A stretch of DNA of 64,000 nucleotides from Octopus bimaculoides (Eukaryota). The stretch is taken from assembly GCF_001194135.2 (NCBI RefSeq), contig NC_068990.1, forward strand, positions 93,957,380-94,021,379, in the 5' to 3' direction. Of the stretch, positions 1 through 14,600 are shown in pieces; the first letter of the stretch is position 1; every line of letters starts with the position of its first letter. Below the pieces are notes generated by a model. That model saw nothing but the letters and a program-made list of their open reading frames with translations. It did not search any database and was not told the DNA's origin. Both the position numbers and the translations under genes were made by a program.

Positions 1-1188
1 ATTTGCTTTTTCATTTCATGAACATTAAGGTACTGAGCCCAATGCTACCATGTACGGCTGTTACAATACCTTGTTTTACGAAGGATCTAGTCAGCCACCT
101 TTGAGAAAGCTCACATAATGCCAGCCTTGTATGTATATTGGCAACATCTAGACCAAACACATTACTCATTTAGTTGCTAATTGAAATATATGACATTTTA
201 GAAATATCTTGAAACACTTTAGAACTCGTTTTAGAATGGCACACTTTTTGTGAACTTTCAAAATTAAGTTTTCGACATTCTCTGTCACTTTAAAAAAACC
301 AACCTATTGCAATTTAGCTACAAATAATACACGCGCACGCACACACACAGTCTCCAGATGTTTCTTGCTCGACAAATATACAAAGCAGAAAATATGTAAA
401 TTTAAGATTTTCATTAAATTCACTAAATGCTGAACTAATGATTGGAGAATAATTAACATGGGAAATTATACAGGTGATCAAAGTCTTCATTAAAAGACTA
501 TCTTAGTTTGTGCTACTACTAATCAAATAAGATTATTATTTGTTTTATTAAAGCTGGAATAACAAAGACTAAATTGAGACTACAACAGGTTTTGGTCTAT
601 AAATCAGATAATATTTGATCAAAATCTTGTGTGTGTGTGTGTGTGTGTGTGAGTATACACATCAGTTTATACAGTTTAAATTAGTAAAAAAAGAAAAGAA
701 AAACAGAAACAAAACATGCACACAAGATAAAAAATGAGAACAAAAGTTATTTGCAGTCTTCAAGCAGCAGTAAAAGACAAAAATCAAGATCATGCAGAAT
801 GAATCCCTACAGAATTGGTGTAGAAAATAAGGATTTAAAAAAAAAATCAATCAAATGAAACAAAAAATAAAGAAATGCCTTATAATAATAATATTAATCA
901 ATGATGTATGCATGTGTGTGTATGTATGTTAGTGTGTGTGTGTGTGTGTGCACGCATTAATAAGTGACCTGAACTGGTCAGTCGTGTATTCATGTGTAAA
1001 TGTGCACATATAAACACATGCACACGCACACACATACAGGTAGATAGACGAGATAGATACCATCAGCATTTTACATCCATATTTTCATGCTGCATTCACT
1101 ACATACACCATGCATATACGTCTGTGTGTATTTATATATTTTCATACACATATTTGGAAAAAGTACCCAATAATAGAAAAGTGAATGT

Positions 1189-1226
<38 letters not shown>

Positions 1227-2801
1227 NNNNNNNNNNNNNNNNNNNNNNNNNNNNNNNNNNNNNNNNNNNNNNNNNNNNNNNNNNNNNNNNNNNNNNNNNN
1301 NNNNNNNNNNNNNNNNNNNNNNNNNNNNNNNNNNNNNNNNNNNNNNNNNNNNNNNNNNNNNNNNNNNNNNNNNNNNNNNNNNNNNNNNNNNNNNNNNNNN
1401 NNNNNNNNNNNNNNNNNNNNNNNNNNNNNNNNNNNNNNNNNNNNNNNNNNNNNNNNNNNNNNNNNNNNNNNNNNNNNNNNNNNNNNNNNNNNNNNNNNNN
1501 NNNNNNNNNNNNNNNNNNNNNNNNNNNNNNNNNNNNNNNNNNNNNNNNNNNNNNNNNNNNNNNNNNNNNNNNNNNNNNNNNNNNNNNNNNNNNNNNNNNN
1601 NNNNNNNNNNNNNNNNNNNNNNNNNNNNNNNNNNNNNNNNNNNNNNNNNNNNNNNNNNNNNNNNNNNNNNNNNNNNNNNNNNNNNNNNNNNNNNNNNNNN
1701 NNNNNNNNNNNNNNNNNNNNNNNNNNNNNNNNNNNNNNNNNNNNNNNNNNNNNNNNNNNNNNNNNNNNNNNNNNNNNNNNNNNNNNNNNNNNNNNNNNNN
1801 NNNNNNNNNNNNNNNNNNNNNNNNAGACAATAAGAAAGGCTGGAACAGAAGGTCAATGGAGCAACACAGTAATCTCATGAGCAAAGACCAATTAATAGAT
1901 TCCCATTTCATAACTAAACATATAAATGCCGTAGGAACTGGATGTCTGATACCATTTTGAATCAACAATGCAGTGCACCAGAAAAAAACATCTAATAAAT
2001 ATGTCAGTTAACAGGTTAACCCCTGAGTTTTATTTCACACTGATTGTCAGATATTTGAATGTTCATTAATGAATGAAAATAACAGCAGTTGATAACAAAA
2101 AAAAAAAGGAATTAATGATAAATAAGTAGAGAGGGAGGGAGGCCAGAAACTGCAATGGAGCAATATGGTCCCTTTTTGGACAACAAATCACATAATTTAT
2201 TGAATGATTTATAGATGTATACTTTGATGATATAAATGAAATACATTTCAGATAGGTTAGCTGTTATGAATAGATATCTAATTAAGGTGTAGTCCAACAT
2301 GTAGAAGTGCTCAAAGTGCCAAACAGCAATAATAATTTCTCTCTCTCTCTCTCTCTCTCTCTGCTGATGAGGCTTCCAATCATCCAGTTCCATTTTGTAC
2401 AAAGTAATAGTTTCTAGAGAAAGGCGTTGTTGTATAATGGGATTAGAGTTCTGATATGAAGCTCACAAAAGGGAGCAATTGTGTAACATCCCTTTGAAAA
2501 TCTTACAATTGGAACAGTTTAGGAATGATTCAAGAGCTGTAGATTGTTACTACAATAAAACAATGAGAAATTCAGTGTTTTAATACTTACACAGTGTTTT
2601 ATTGTGTTAATCTAATTTAGTTTTAGTTTGATTAGGAATCCCATGTTTAAATGATAGAATTGTTTCCTTTAATAATCCATTAATGAATTAACGGTCTTAT
2701 TAATATTTGGGAAAAATGGAAATGGGTGATTTAAAAAAAATCTTTTCTATTGTTAATGTGTGTTCACAAACAGGCATGTAAATACAAATTATATACAGAC
2801 C

Positions 2802-2847
<46 letters not shown>

Positions 2848-3919
2848 AGATACATATCATACATGTGTGTGTAAGAGATTTGCCATGACACTAGAATATC
2901 CATTCCAAAAGAGTATTAGGCACCCAAATGTTCAAAGAGAGAGAGAGAGAGAGAGCGCGGGAGGGATGTAAGCAAGTGTCCTTCGAGAACATACAAGAGA
3001 TATTATGATGGCAGACTATAAAGACATCTCAGCCTTCAAAGATGCAATATCAAACTAAATCATTCTGGAAAGAATAGCTATGCACAGACACTTTATACAT
3101 AGTTAATTAGTAGCAGAAGACATTTTAGAAAGGAAGAAACAAATTACAAAATGCCGGATGTATGGAAGAAGTGTTTGTAACACACAAACTGTATTCTATT
3201 CCTGAATTAAAAGGTGTTGATATTTGTTGGTTTTAAACAGTAAATAAGTCATTTTCAATCATTGTAATTGCTATGAAATTAGTAAGTGAAAAGTTTAATC
3301 CCTCTTTCTTTTAAGAAAAACAAAAAAGAGAGAGGTAAATAAGAGAGAAAAGAGAAATGAAGGAAAAGTAAAGGGAGAAAATAGACTGTTTCTGATTAAG
3401 ACAAGTGAATTATGGACGATGACAGCATTGATGACATGTGAGAGCCACTAGAGAAAAGGTGAATCTTTGAAAGACTAAAACCATTCCAATGCTGGTAGAA
3501 CTTATTGAATTTGAAGTTGTTAATGACTTAAGTGAAACCTAACAAAATTTATGAATAACAGAAATTAATAATAATAATAATAATAATGGGTAACAAGGAT
3601 TTCACACATTGGCACAGAGCAGTTAATGAATAGAGGAAGAGAACTTTGGTTGATTGAACCAATTTCAGAAGAATGAACAATAAAAGTGATCATGACATGA
3701 ATATAACAGAAAATAACAACAGCTGTTTCAAACAATCAGCCAGGAATTTTAGGGCAATGGGGTCAGTTGATGGTATTGAACCCTGGTACTTGACCAACCA
3801 CAAAACGGTGAAAGGCAAAGTTGATCTTTGGTGGCATTTGAACTTAGAATATAAAGGGCTGCAAGAATTGTCACTGAGCATTTCGTCCAATGCGCTAACG
3901 ATTCTGCTAGCCCACTGCC

Positions 3920-3921
<2 letters not shown>

Positions 3922-3956
<35 letters not shown>

Positions 3957-3979
3957 CAACAATAATAATAATAATAACA
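3922..3979. repeat. (AAT)n/(AAC)n trinucleotide microsatellite
   Basis: Read directly; produces the spurious poly-N and poly-L ORFs. Confidence 0.95.
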
Positions 3980-4582
3980 ATTGGAGGTCTTATCTATTAA
4001 GGTGAAACATTCTAAATTTGTACACCAAACATTAAGCTAAAAAACAAAATTTCTTTTTAAATAAATGAAAAAATAAAACCCAACAACAACAATAAACATA
4101 TATGTAACAAACACATTGTTACAACATGAAACATGGAATGAAAAACACCACATGAGGCTAATAAAGAAATATATAAATGACGAATAACTACAATACAGAC
4201 AAAACATCGAAAAAATCCGAAAGTGACAATTATTTTGAGAAAAATATTTTCATTATTTTCATTATTTAAATAAAACAAGTTGACACACAAAAAATACATC
4301 ATTTTAACATTTCACAATAAAGTGAAAAATAAACAAATATACACTATAAAAATTTACAAAAAAAAAACCAAACAAGTTGAAGTTAAATCTATGGAAAGGA
4401 ACATGGCAGTTTATTTGGAAATCTAGGAAAGAACTAATTTTTGTCTACCTTGCTGTGTGTGTGTCTGTGTGTCTGTGTGAACCCAATTATACATGCAGAG
4501 CCACATAAATATCTACTAAAACATTACTAAATAAAATAATTCAAATATTTCCCTCTACAGATGTATGCAGATATCTGGTGTC

Positions 4583-4977
4583 AATGGATGAGTATAGCTC
4601 TTGCAGCAATATGATTTGGTCCTGAAGCAGCTACTTGACCATTCAAATGTTCATGTGATATATCTCGACTTTGCAAAAGCCTTTGACAAAGTTGATCATG
4701 GCTTGATATGTCACAAGCTGCGAAACCTTGGCATAGCTGGTAAATTAGGAGAATGGCTGCATGACTTCCTGAATGGTAGAAGTCAGACAGTTGCAACCAA
4801 TAGAGAATTATCTAGGGAAACGCAAATATTGAGCGGTGTTCCACAAAGAGCTTTCCTGGGACCACTACTTTTCATAGTAGCCCTTCTGGACATGACCACG
4901 GTCACTTGGACAGCCATTGTCACTAGCTATGCTGATGACACAAAACTATCTCAGGCACTAAAGAATCCTGATGATGT
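4583..4977 (+). mobile_element. CR1/L2/Jockey-group LINE reverse transcriptase fragment
   Basis: Translation contains YLDFAKAFDKVDH, SGVPQ..LGPLLF and YADDTKL; truncated at both ends. Confidence 0.9.
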
Positions 4978-5207
4978 CATATATATATCTATACATATAT
5001 ATATATATCTCTATATATCTATACATATACATATACATATATATATATAGTAAGTAAGATATATATATATATGCATATATACGTGTATATATGGGTACAG
5101 GACATCAAAAAAACATGAACAAAATAAAAAAACGGCAACATAAAAAAAACAAAAACATGGAAAATGACCTTTTTTTTTGAACAACGAAAGAAATAGAGAA
5201 ATGAGAC

Positions 5208-5247
<40 letters not shown>

Positions 5248-5961
5248 ACATATGGGAATTTTTTCCTGGATGGGAATATACTTCTTTCCACACACACACA
5301 CACATACACGTGGTCTGAGAAACGCAAGTAATTTGAAAGTCACCTAGCTTTTTCTTTGTAAAATGCACATTAAACATGAATTAAGTAATCTTTCATGTTC
5401 CTGTTAAATTGTTTTTATAGATAACTTGACATAAAAAACAAACATTAATATATATCATATTTTTATAAATACAGGAATTAAATATGAGCTACTATAAGTT
5501 TCATGCACAGATAATACAGTCATTGGATGGGCGTGTTTAGCCCATTGTGTATTATCCTGTAATTATTCAGTCTCAAAATAAACATCCTTTTTTTTATTAA
5601 ATAATACTTATCTTTTGCTGTATGGTGGACGTTTTTTGTTGATCCCACCAATAATGGAAGAGTACATACATACATACACACACTTAAATGTATACACACA
5701 TACATATACACAAAATAGTTTATAATTATGTTCTTTATCCTAATCAATTTACTTACATCTGCTTACTTGTATTTTTCAAGATCCACTGTGCTTAATTTGC
5801 TAATGTATTTGTAATTAGGCTCAGTTCCTCGTTATGGGCTGCAGTTGTTGGGAGTTTCTATTTAGCCTTTCTAGATTTATTTATTCTTCAGTGTATTGTA
5901 CTGAAGCTGTACTTCAGAACTGGACAAAGTGGTATTGGGTCGATTAAATTTTTTTTTTTTT

Positions 5962-6014
5962 AACTATTTGTTTATTCTGTAGTAGTTCTACTACTACAGA
6001 ATAAACAAATAGTT
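5962..6014. repeat. Perfect 25-bp inverted repeat with 3-nt spacer
   Basis: AACTATTTGTTTATTCTGTAGTAGT tct ACTACTACAGAATAAACAAATAGTT. Confidence 0.95.
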
Positions 6015-8380
6015 TTTAAAAAATTAAATCTAATTCAATGTTTTTAATTTTTACTTGACTTATATTTTCTAAGAGTAGTTGTGAGCATATTTAGTTTAAT
6101 TCCATATCATTGTCATATAACTCCTGAATTCATGCACAATTTTTTGCAGGTTATCTAGCTTGGCTATTTAATTTTAAGTCAACCATATGGGAGAAATTGT
6201 TTATATTTTGTCTTTGATATTATCCCTTTATTCACAATGGTGTCAACTGAATGGTAACACGCACACAACAGAGACAAAGCAAGGATCACAATTATCTTCA
6301 ATATTATTAACACAAACATTATCAGGCTTGGTTTTAAGGGGGAGAATACTAATAATTATATTAACCTTTTTTTACTGATGTGTGTTCAATTTCGATGCCA
6401 AAAGAAAGAAAACTGAATTTCTCTTTTGGCGCTTCATGATATCTCCTGATGAACTTTCTCAGCCTTTCTTTACTATTTTTATTAAATCTGATAAAACTTG
6501 ATGCTTTGGTATATTATTTACTGAAAACCACATGTCTTCTATATTAACATAGGTCGGATACTTTTCCAATATTCACATAAAATGCTAATTGTTGGAATAA
6601 TACTATTTACAATTGGATGCTGTGTTTTACAGTCAGGTAGACTGGAGAAGAGAGAGAGAGAGAGCAATTGTGCAAGATGCAGCATGGAGCAGCACAATCG
6701 TTGACTTCAAGCTTGAAGTTATAAAGCAAATGTGAGTATCTGAAATGAGTCAGAGTGTACATGTATGCATCCACATAAGTTGTTTAGTAATGTCTATTGA
6801 GATTTTAATAAAAAGAACAACAGGAAGATTACCAAAAGTAATCTCAGGAAGTAGAGCAACCAGTTCTGGATGCAAGTATAAATGATACAAACAAAATTGT
6901 CTGACAAACAGTAAATAACAAATTGCAGTTGTAAACAACAGATTAAATTAGCAACAGTTTAAATTTCTGTTCAGGAATTTAAATAGAAAATTACTCTTAA
7001 ATTTAGGGACGCTAAACATAAAACCCATTTCTGATGATTTTCATGTTGACAGGATAAAAATAATTACTATGAAAACTGATCTTATTTAAAACATAGCACA
7101 AGAGAGTTGAGTTTAAGGCCCAGGACTTCAATTACATCGATTTGTGTGATAACAAACACCATTTCAAGTTAAAAACTATGAAATGTGTTCTGATTTCGAC
7201 TCACATAACTGCATCCACAGATTAATATTTATTTCTAAAGAATCATTTCATCAACGCTTACTTGGCAAAATGATGAAAAATAAGAAAATATAGTAAGTTG
7301 GATTTTGGGTTCTTTCAAACGTCTAGTTTTCATTCAATTAAGAAATCAAACACAATCTCTACAATTCAAAAGTGACATCAGTATGAGCAAAGACCTAAAA
7401 TTTAGGAATGTTCCTTTGATTTGAGGAGAAATATCTAATGCCAAGTCTTCGAATGAACAGTTTTGCATGGAAAGGGAATAAGAAGATAGGATTGGTTCAA
7501 TATGTTCATTATAAATTTAAAGAAACAGATTTGAAATAATATGCAAATACAAAAACACCTAAGATCCTTTACGAACTTCTTTCCCACCCAGCAATCAACT
7601 ACTGAATTAAAATCATCATCGATCCTTTTGTTTGCATTGAACAAAAAAAAAAAATGTTTTCATTTATCATACACACACACACATACATACACATGTGCAC
7701 ACACGCACACAGTGATAACTTGATCTATAGACATCTGTAAACTGTATTCTTTAAAATGGTAAAATGTGATTTGAAAAAAACTGAAGTCTTATAAATTCTT
7801 GCATTATCGACACACCATTCCCCACTGTTCTCTGATACACTGAATTATTTAAAAACAGGCAAAATAATTCAAAGGTTTTAAACTTTCTACAACAATAACT
7901 AGTAATCAAAATAATAATAATTTTATACATGACAAATAACAGTAATATTTGTAGCAAATAGTATTAAATCTAACCCCTAAAGTGTTTAAATTCTACCATG
8001 AATGAGTACAAACAATATCAAGCAATAAACAACTATATTACTCCAGTTTATTTTCCGAGTCATCTTAACAGAAATTCAATTGACAGTGAACTTTATTGGT
8101 TGNNNNNNNNNNNNNNNNNNNNNNNNNNNNNGGGGGGGGGGGGAGTCCACTTTAGCTGCGTGACAAACATTAACTAAAAACTAAATTTCTATTTTATTAA
8201 TTTCTTGCATTTCATTTGTTTGAATTTGACCAATCAATGCAATTGCTGACGCCTATAAAGAGCTCAATTTATCTCAAACATGAACACTACAAATATATAT
8301 GCATGTTTGTGTGATTGTGTATGTATGTATGCATGCATGTATATTATATATATATATATATATAACTATATACATGTATG

Positions 8381-8440
<60 letters not shown>

Positions 8441-8583
8441 TACACATGTATTTCTGTAGACATGAGATAGAAAAAGGAACAGCAACTAATATTTAGAATA
8501 TGATTTTTTTTTTATATATAATAATAAGTGTAATAAATATGATTGGAAAGTATTTGTATCTATTATGCCACATAAATACATAC

Positions 8584-8718
8584 TTGACAGAGGTGATTTG
8601 CGTTTGAGCGGCAAGGGGCCTTTATCCTTCCGCCGCAGCATTGGACTGTGTGTTATGCGCCGTTCCATAACTTTCTGTTTCAGAGCTGAGCGCACTTTAA
8701 GTATATTAGGTTCAGATG
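8584..8718 (-). CDS. HDAC4: HDAC4-like coding exon (A)SEPNILKVRSALKQKVMERRITHSPMLRRKDKGPLPLKRKSPLS: 14-3-3 site serine and NLS
   Basis: Acceptor ttgcAG (8720-8719) and donor GTatgt (8583-8582). Length 135 nt (phase 1 to 1). Completes RKTASEP with the previous exon; SPxLRRKD NLS motif present. Confidence 0.95.
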
Positions 8719-8875
8719 CTGCAAACAAGAACATGACAACACAGTTACAAGCATGCCTAGAGGCAAGTAGCTGGCACCAGCTACTGGAGTTGATGATGGC
8801 AGTAGTAGGCAGCAGAATTCTGACCAACATGTAAAAATTAATTCAACATATTAAAAAAAAGAAACGGTGTGTCTT

Positions 8876-8919
<44 letters not shown>

Positions 8920-10534
8920 CAATTAACAGTCAATAAAAATTGGTGAAATTTCAAAACAGAGAAATAAAATAAAAAATTTTTGTCAGGGTAAGCTGTAAAA
9001 TTAAAAATAAATATGAAATTAAAATAAATAATAAACATGGAAGTTATATATAAGGGTTACACAATTGCAAACATTTCTTTTTAAATTCCATAATTTAATG
9101 ACAGTTATCTTTTCAAAGAAAATGTTGAATGGCTTCTTCCTATATGATTGAGAAGAAAAGTAATTTAACCAATCTGTTGAACACATAAACACAGTATGAT
9201 TTAATTGTCAATTTTCTACAGATTAAACTTTACTAAGCAGTCAAACAGAAGCCACAAAATAAAGAATAGTTGAATGTAAAAATGAAACTAAAAAGATAAA
9301 TATGTAACAAACAATTTTACATGTATTGATAGACTTTGGTTCAATATGTACATTAATATTTGTTTCCTTTTAGTAGGCAGTATAAGAACCTATATTTTAA
9401 AGGTGGCTAAAATACAAATTTGAAAGATTCATACATTTCTCAAGTACATTTATTAGATACAGTCAAGTGAAATGGCTTTAGCTAGATTAAAAATGCATTG
9501 GACATTCATTCTGCTCGGTGGATCTTATCTATTGCTTGCTACAGTATTTTCAATTGTAAAAAGTAAATTCTCTTGGCAAGACTATGACATTAACTTTGGG
9601 CATTGGTTGAAGCTTTTTTTACAAATATTTTTTGCAGAAAGCATGATGATCACAACATCTTATTTCATTTAAAATACAGATTGGGTGTGTTGAGGTGTGG
9701 ACATGCAAGGCAGTTGTCTGGGTGTGCCATGGGTTAAGTGACCCAATGCTAATTTATAAATGCTGTTAATAAATACTATAGGGCCCAGTGCATTGCTTTC
9801 CTTGGAGACAACACATGTCTAGGGGCCTGATTGTTAATCTATACATGCTGTGAATTGCTGTCAGCAAATATGCTGTCCACCTTAGGGGCCAAGAATACAG
9901 TTAAGACAGATTGGACATTCATTCCACATTTGAACATAGGAATCTGAATAAGTTGTTCTTTAATATTTATAGAAATACATTTACAAAGCCTGGTTAATGC
10001 ACTAATCCTAAGTACAGCCAATGGTAAACAACTCTTTATAATTGATACTTTCAAGAGAAATGTTTTCAATTTTATATATATTCATTTGTTTCTTCATTCA
10101 TTCTATGTCCATTTTGCCATGCTAGCATGGGTTAGACAATATATTTGTTGTAGAAGCATTGTTTTTACAACTGGTTTGCCTTCCAGTGAGCAAACCATAA
10201 CCCTAACCCTAACCCTGCCTTACATGTGAAGGAGTTTACATTCCCCTCGTCTTCGAAAGTGGGGAGTAACTGAATGATTTGTTGACAGAGAAATAACAAC
10301 TCCATCCAGTGAGATTTCATATGATCACACACACGCACACACACGCGCACACACACACACACACACACACAAGTAAAACTGGGAGATAAACATAAGTAGA
10401 CGCAGGGAATGTATTTACATGGAAAGTTGAGAATACAAATAAAAGAAATGATACGATAGTTTTATCATTACAGCCATTCTGGATGAACAATGACTGGTTC
10501 CATAACCCTGTATATTATGTAATAAGGCCCCAGA

Positions 10535-10745
10535 ATATTCTTTTCTATTCTAGGCACAAGGCCTGAAATTTTGGGGGACAGGGCCGGTCAATTAGATCGA
10601 CCCCAGTGCACAATTGGTACTTAATTTATTGACACCCCAAAAAGGATGAAAGGCAAAGTCAACCTCGGTAGAATTTGAACTCAGAATGTAAAGACCATTA
10701 AGCATTTAGCTGGGCATGCTAATGTTTCTGCCAACTCACAGCCTT
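10535..10745 (-). mobile_element. tRNA-derived SINE family B (representative copy)
   Basis: Minus strand reads ggcagaaacattagc...gagttcaaattc...ttgcctttcatcc...ggggtcgatctaat...aggccttgtgcc. Related copies near 3640(-), 25370(+), 25660(+), 26040(+), 30935(+), 33835(-), 42480(-), 54175(+), 60050(-), 60590(-). Confidence 0.75.
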
Positions 10746-11398
10746 GAGGTCCCAGAATATTGCAGGTGTATGGAATAGCACAAACTTTTAGAGAACGGTA
10801 ATGAGATTGTGTAATTTTGCATTACTGATCTCTAAAAATCCATAATTTTTCTATACATTTTCATGTAAATACATTCCTACTTTTGTTTATCTGTCTTTTC
10901 GATCCGCATAATCACTTGATGAAGCTCATTCTTATAACTGACTTCCTGCACTGGCACAACCTGGGGACTATAACATGCTGTTTTATTGTTCTCAAACACA
11001 TTCCCGACCCTCATACATGCACACACACACACACACAAGAGGCTTTATTCCTGCATACCAAATTGGTTGGCCCAGGGCTATAGCAAGGTGTTGTGCAGTG
11101 CAGTTGAACCTGAAACTACATGGATGCAAAGCAAACTTCTTACCTACACACACATGGAGAGTTTACTGTTCCGCTACAGGTAGGATCAACAATATATGTA
11201 AAAAAAAAAAGGGGGGGGGTTGACAGTGATTTCAAAGTTTTGGCTTTTAGCAGACTGTCTGATGAAGACAAGGACGTTGAAACTTTGAATTCAGTGTCAA
11301 CATTTTCCGAGCAAAACTTAATAAATATGAACTCCATGAAAAAGTATTGAGTAATTCTTCAGTTTAAAATTAAATTGTTTTTAACACACGCACACACA

Positions 11399-11618
11399 CA
11401 AGGGGCTGCTGAAAAGTTCCTGGCTTTAAGAGTATTGCAAAAGGCCCGGTTGGAGGCCCAACATTCTGAGTTCTTTTTACAGGGGTAACAAAAATTGAAG
11501 GACTGCTGCCAATAAGTTTGTGAATCTGAGAAGGGAAACATGTTGAATAAAATCATAATTAACTGATCCTCCTCTATTTTGTTTTTAACCCAAAACCAGG
11601 AACTTTTCTGCACCTCTT

Positions 11619-11620
<2 letters not shown>
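11399..11620 (+). mobile_element. Mariner-derived MITE (internal-deletion derivative)
   Basis: Imperfect ~28-bp TIRs (aggggctgctgaaaagttcctggcttt ... aaaaccaggaacttttctgcacctct). Internal relic of the transposase C-terminus (xVNLRRETC/GEYVE-like) ending gttgaataa. Confidence 0.7.
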
Positions 11621-11677
<57 letters not shown>

Positions 11678-14600
11678 TAAGAAGCTTTCTACCCACATGG
11701 TTTTGGGTTCAGTACTACTGTGTGGTACCTTGGGCAAGTTTCTTCTTGCTATATCCCCAAGCCAACTAAAGCCTTGCGAGTCGATTTGGTACATGGAAAC
11801 TGAAAGAAGCCTGTCGTGTGTGTGTGTGTGTGTGCACACGCACGCAACACTGGGATCAATAGAAGTCTGAATTGTTAGTTCCTCCATACATTTCAAAATT
11901 GCAGTTATTTGGAACTTGTTATTGGATGTTTCGAATGCATTTAGATGCAGAAGTACAAGGGATCATCAAAGAAAACACTTTACTGCATCCTGTTACAGCA
12001 ATCTGATGTTTGGAGAAATCAAGTATTAACGTTGCTCTTCATTCAACAATCACCAACAATGTCGATAAACAGCATGAACTATAAACTCTTTAACAACAAC
12101 AAAGCAAACAAGAAATTTTAAGAGATATGTAGAATGAATATCTTAATTATGTGGAATGAACAATAATGAGTTGAGCTGATTGCTTATTATACATACTGTT
12201 TGGTATTTTTTGAGGACCACATCAGAAAGCTAATGCAAAATAACACATATTCAAGTAAAAAAATGTGTCTCCTTGTCTTGATATCATGTCGTAGCTGTAA
12301 ATGAATATCACTGTTATACAAGCAGTGTCTTTCATTTTACAATTCTTTGAGAACCTGTCTGGTGACAGGGAAATGTTATTTTGCTTTGATACAGGTGAGA
12401 GTTAGTGACAGGAAGAAAATCTGTCTAAATAAACTGTCCAACTCAGGCTCACAGGCAAAAGTAGACATCAAAATGATGATGATAACATCTACACCAGAAC
12501 TAAGAATTATTCCAAAGTAAAAAAAAAAAATTGTTTGTTTACATATTGTTATTCTCATTTGATAAAAAGTTCATAAATTTCATTGGTGACTCATTAAGCT
12601 GCAAATAAATTGCATCCTGCACATCATTTGAATGTCTTAAAATTTGAAACAGTAATTATTTCATTTATATAAACTACAGAATTAAAGTAAAAGGCAAAAG
12701 TCAATGAAATGAACCTTAACTGCTGCTGTATTTATTTTATAACCCTGAGATGAGTGAAAGATAAAGATGGAAATTAATACTGAGAACAGCAAATTGGGCA
12801 ACAAACTATGACAGGGCTGTTTTGCTATCGAGTGCTCCAACTCAATCCCTCTAACAATATTATGTTGCTGAACAGAGTCTAGTTTTATATAAGCTGTTGA
12901 AAGATCAGATATTCAGTAAAAATTAAAAAAAAAAAAAAAAACTATTAACACAAATTGATTTTGAGAAGAATAAATATAATGAATAATCGAATTAAAATTT
13001 CAGTATTTGTGCAAATATTTCTAAAATTAAATAAATGATAACAGAAAGGCTTGGAAAAATTGATATTTTTTTGTCAAAATTGTTGGAGTCTTCTTTAAAA
13101 GGCATTGAATAGTGATCAATCACTAAGGAGCAAAATGTCTGAAGATGGACAAATGACTAATCAGCATAAAGATGGATGATAAATGAGAATTTTGTTTTCT
13201 TGAAAAGAAATCAAATAAAACCCACATAGAAAAAATATAAAAGAAATATTTATAGACAAGGATTTCGACAATTCAACAAAGTACCAAACGGAATAGGGTT
13301 ACAGACTAAGAGCAATTTTGCCAAATGAACTCTAAAAGTCTCAGAAGGGAATAACTTGCAGTTTTTTGTAAAAAGTAGTGAAACTAAAGAGAGAAATCTA
13401 ATTTGAATTTTTTTTCTTTCTTTTCTTCTTTTTTTTTCCTTTCTTTTCTGAACTGTAAATTAGCAATATCAAAAAATTGATAAGGTTGAGTGTTTTCAAA
13501 CTAAATCAAAATAGAATAGAGATAAACTAACATTTTCATCTTTTCAGTAACAATTTAATACAATTAGAGTGAGTGAGAGAGAGAGAGAGAAAAAAAAAGA
13601 AGAGAGGACACACAAGAAATGGAGGGAACTATCTGGCAACAAACATGCAATCTAGAATGAGTACAGGCACAACAGTGATACACAGAAATGGAAATGGTCA
13701 ACTTGAGCTAGGCAGCCTTAGAGTTCCTTGAGAAAATGTGCAGACAGCTGGATCTAGTTTAAGTGGTAGGTGTCCATTTTCCAAAAATTACAAGAAGATA
13801 ATTATTTCTATGGAAAGAAAACATCATAAAGGAGAAAGCCAGAAAGAAATTTTCTAACTATACAGAAATCAAACAAATAAAGTCTCAACTTAAGAAAGAA
13901 AAGAAAGCAACTTATTCAAAGAAAATGATAATGCTGTTAAAACTGGAACAATATACATTAATTTGTATTTTGTTCATTTAAGTGTAGAGACAAACAAACA
14001 GGTGTACTAAGTGGGCTGCATCACTGTCTACTGCTACCCGACTCACACTAAATAAAGACAATACCAAAACCAAAATAGGCACTAGCAATCACAGAGTCTC
14101 TACTGAAATTCCATGTAATCCAATGAAAATTACTGAAGAACTAGAATCACATCTAGCATATTAGTAAAATGATTGAATATTCTACATAAGATTATATATG
14201 TATGTGTGTGTAAGTATATACATATGTGTGTGTGACTGTGTGTAAGTATATACATATGTGTGTGTGTGACTGTGTGTATGTATATGTGAGTGTGTTATGT
14301 GCATTAAAAAAACCACATTAAGTGAAGATAAAGGACAAATTTTCAAACTTCAGTTGTGAATAATAACGGAAATACTTATAATGGGAAAAAGAGATATTGC
14401 AAACCATCTGTAGCAGTCAAAGTATCTGATAAATGATGAGAGTGAGTAGAGTTTTAAAGATCCTACTGATTGGTTAAATAATGGGTTTTAATTCAGATTA
14501 AATTTAATGAAAAACAATATAAATTTCATAGCTATTGATCATTTAAGTGATTTGGCCAAATGACCGGAGCAAAAAGTAGTTTAAGAATTAGATGTAAAGC

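Noticed and set aside
992-1968. Long ORFs spanning N runs (also at 17596, 35103, 57487, 59316)
   Set aside because: Artefacts of assembly gaps translated as X.
1-8583. Next HDAC4 exon (expected Ser/Pro/Gly-rich, phase 1)
   Set aside because: No convincing candidate found; it probably lies left of the window or in the 1227-1824 gap.
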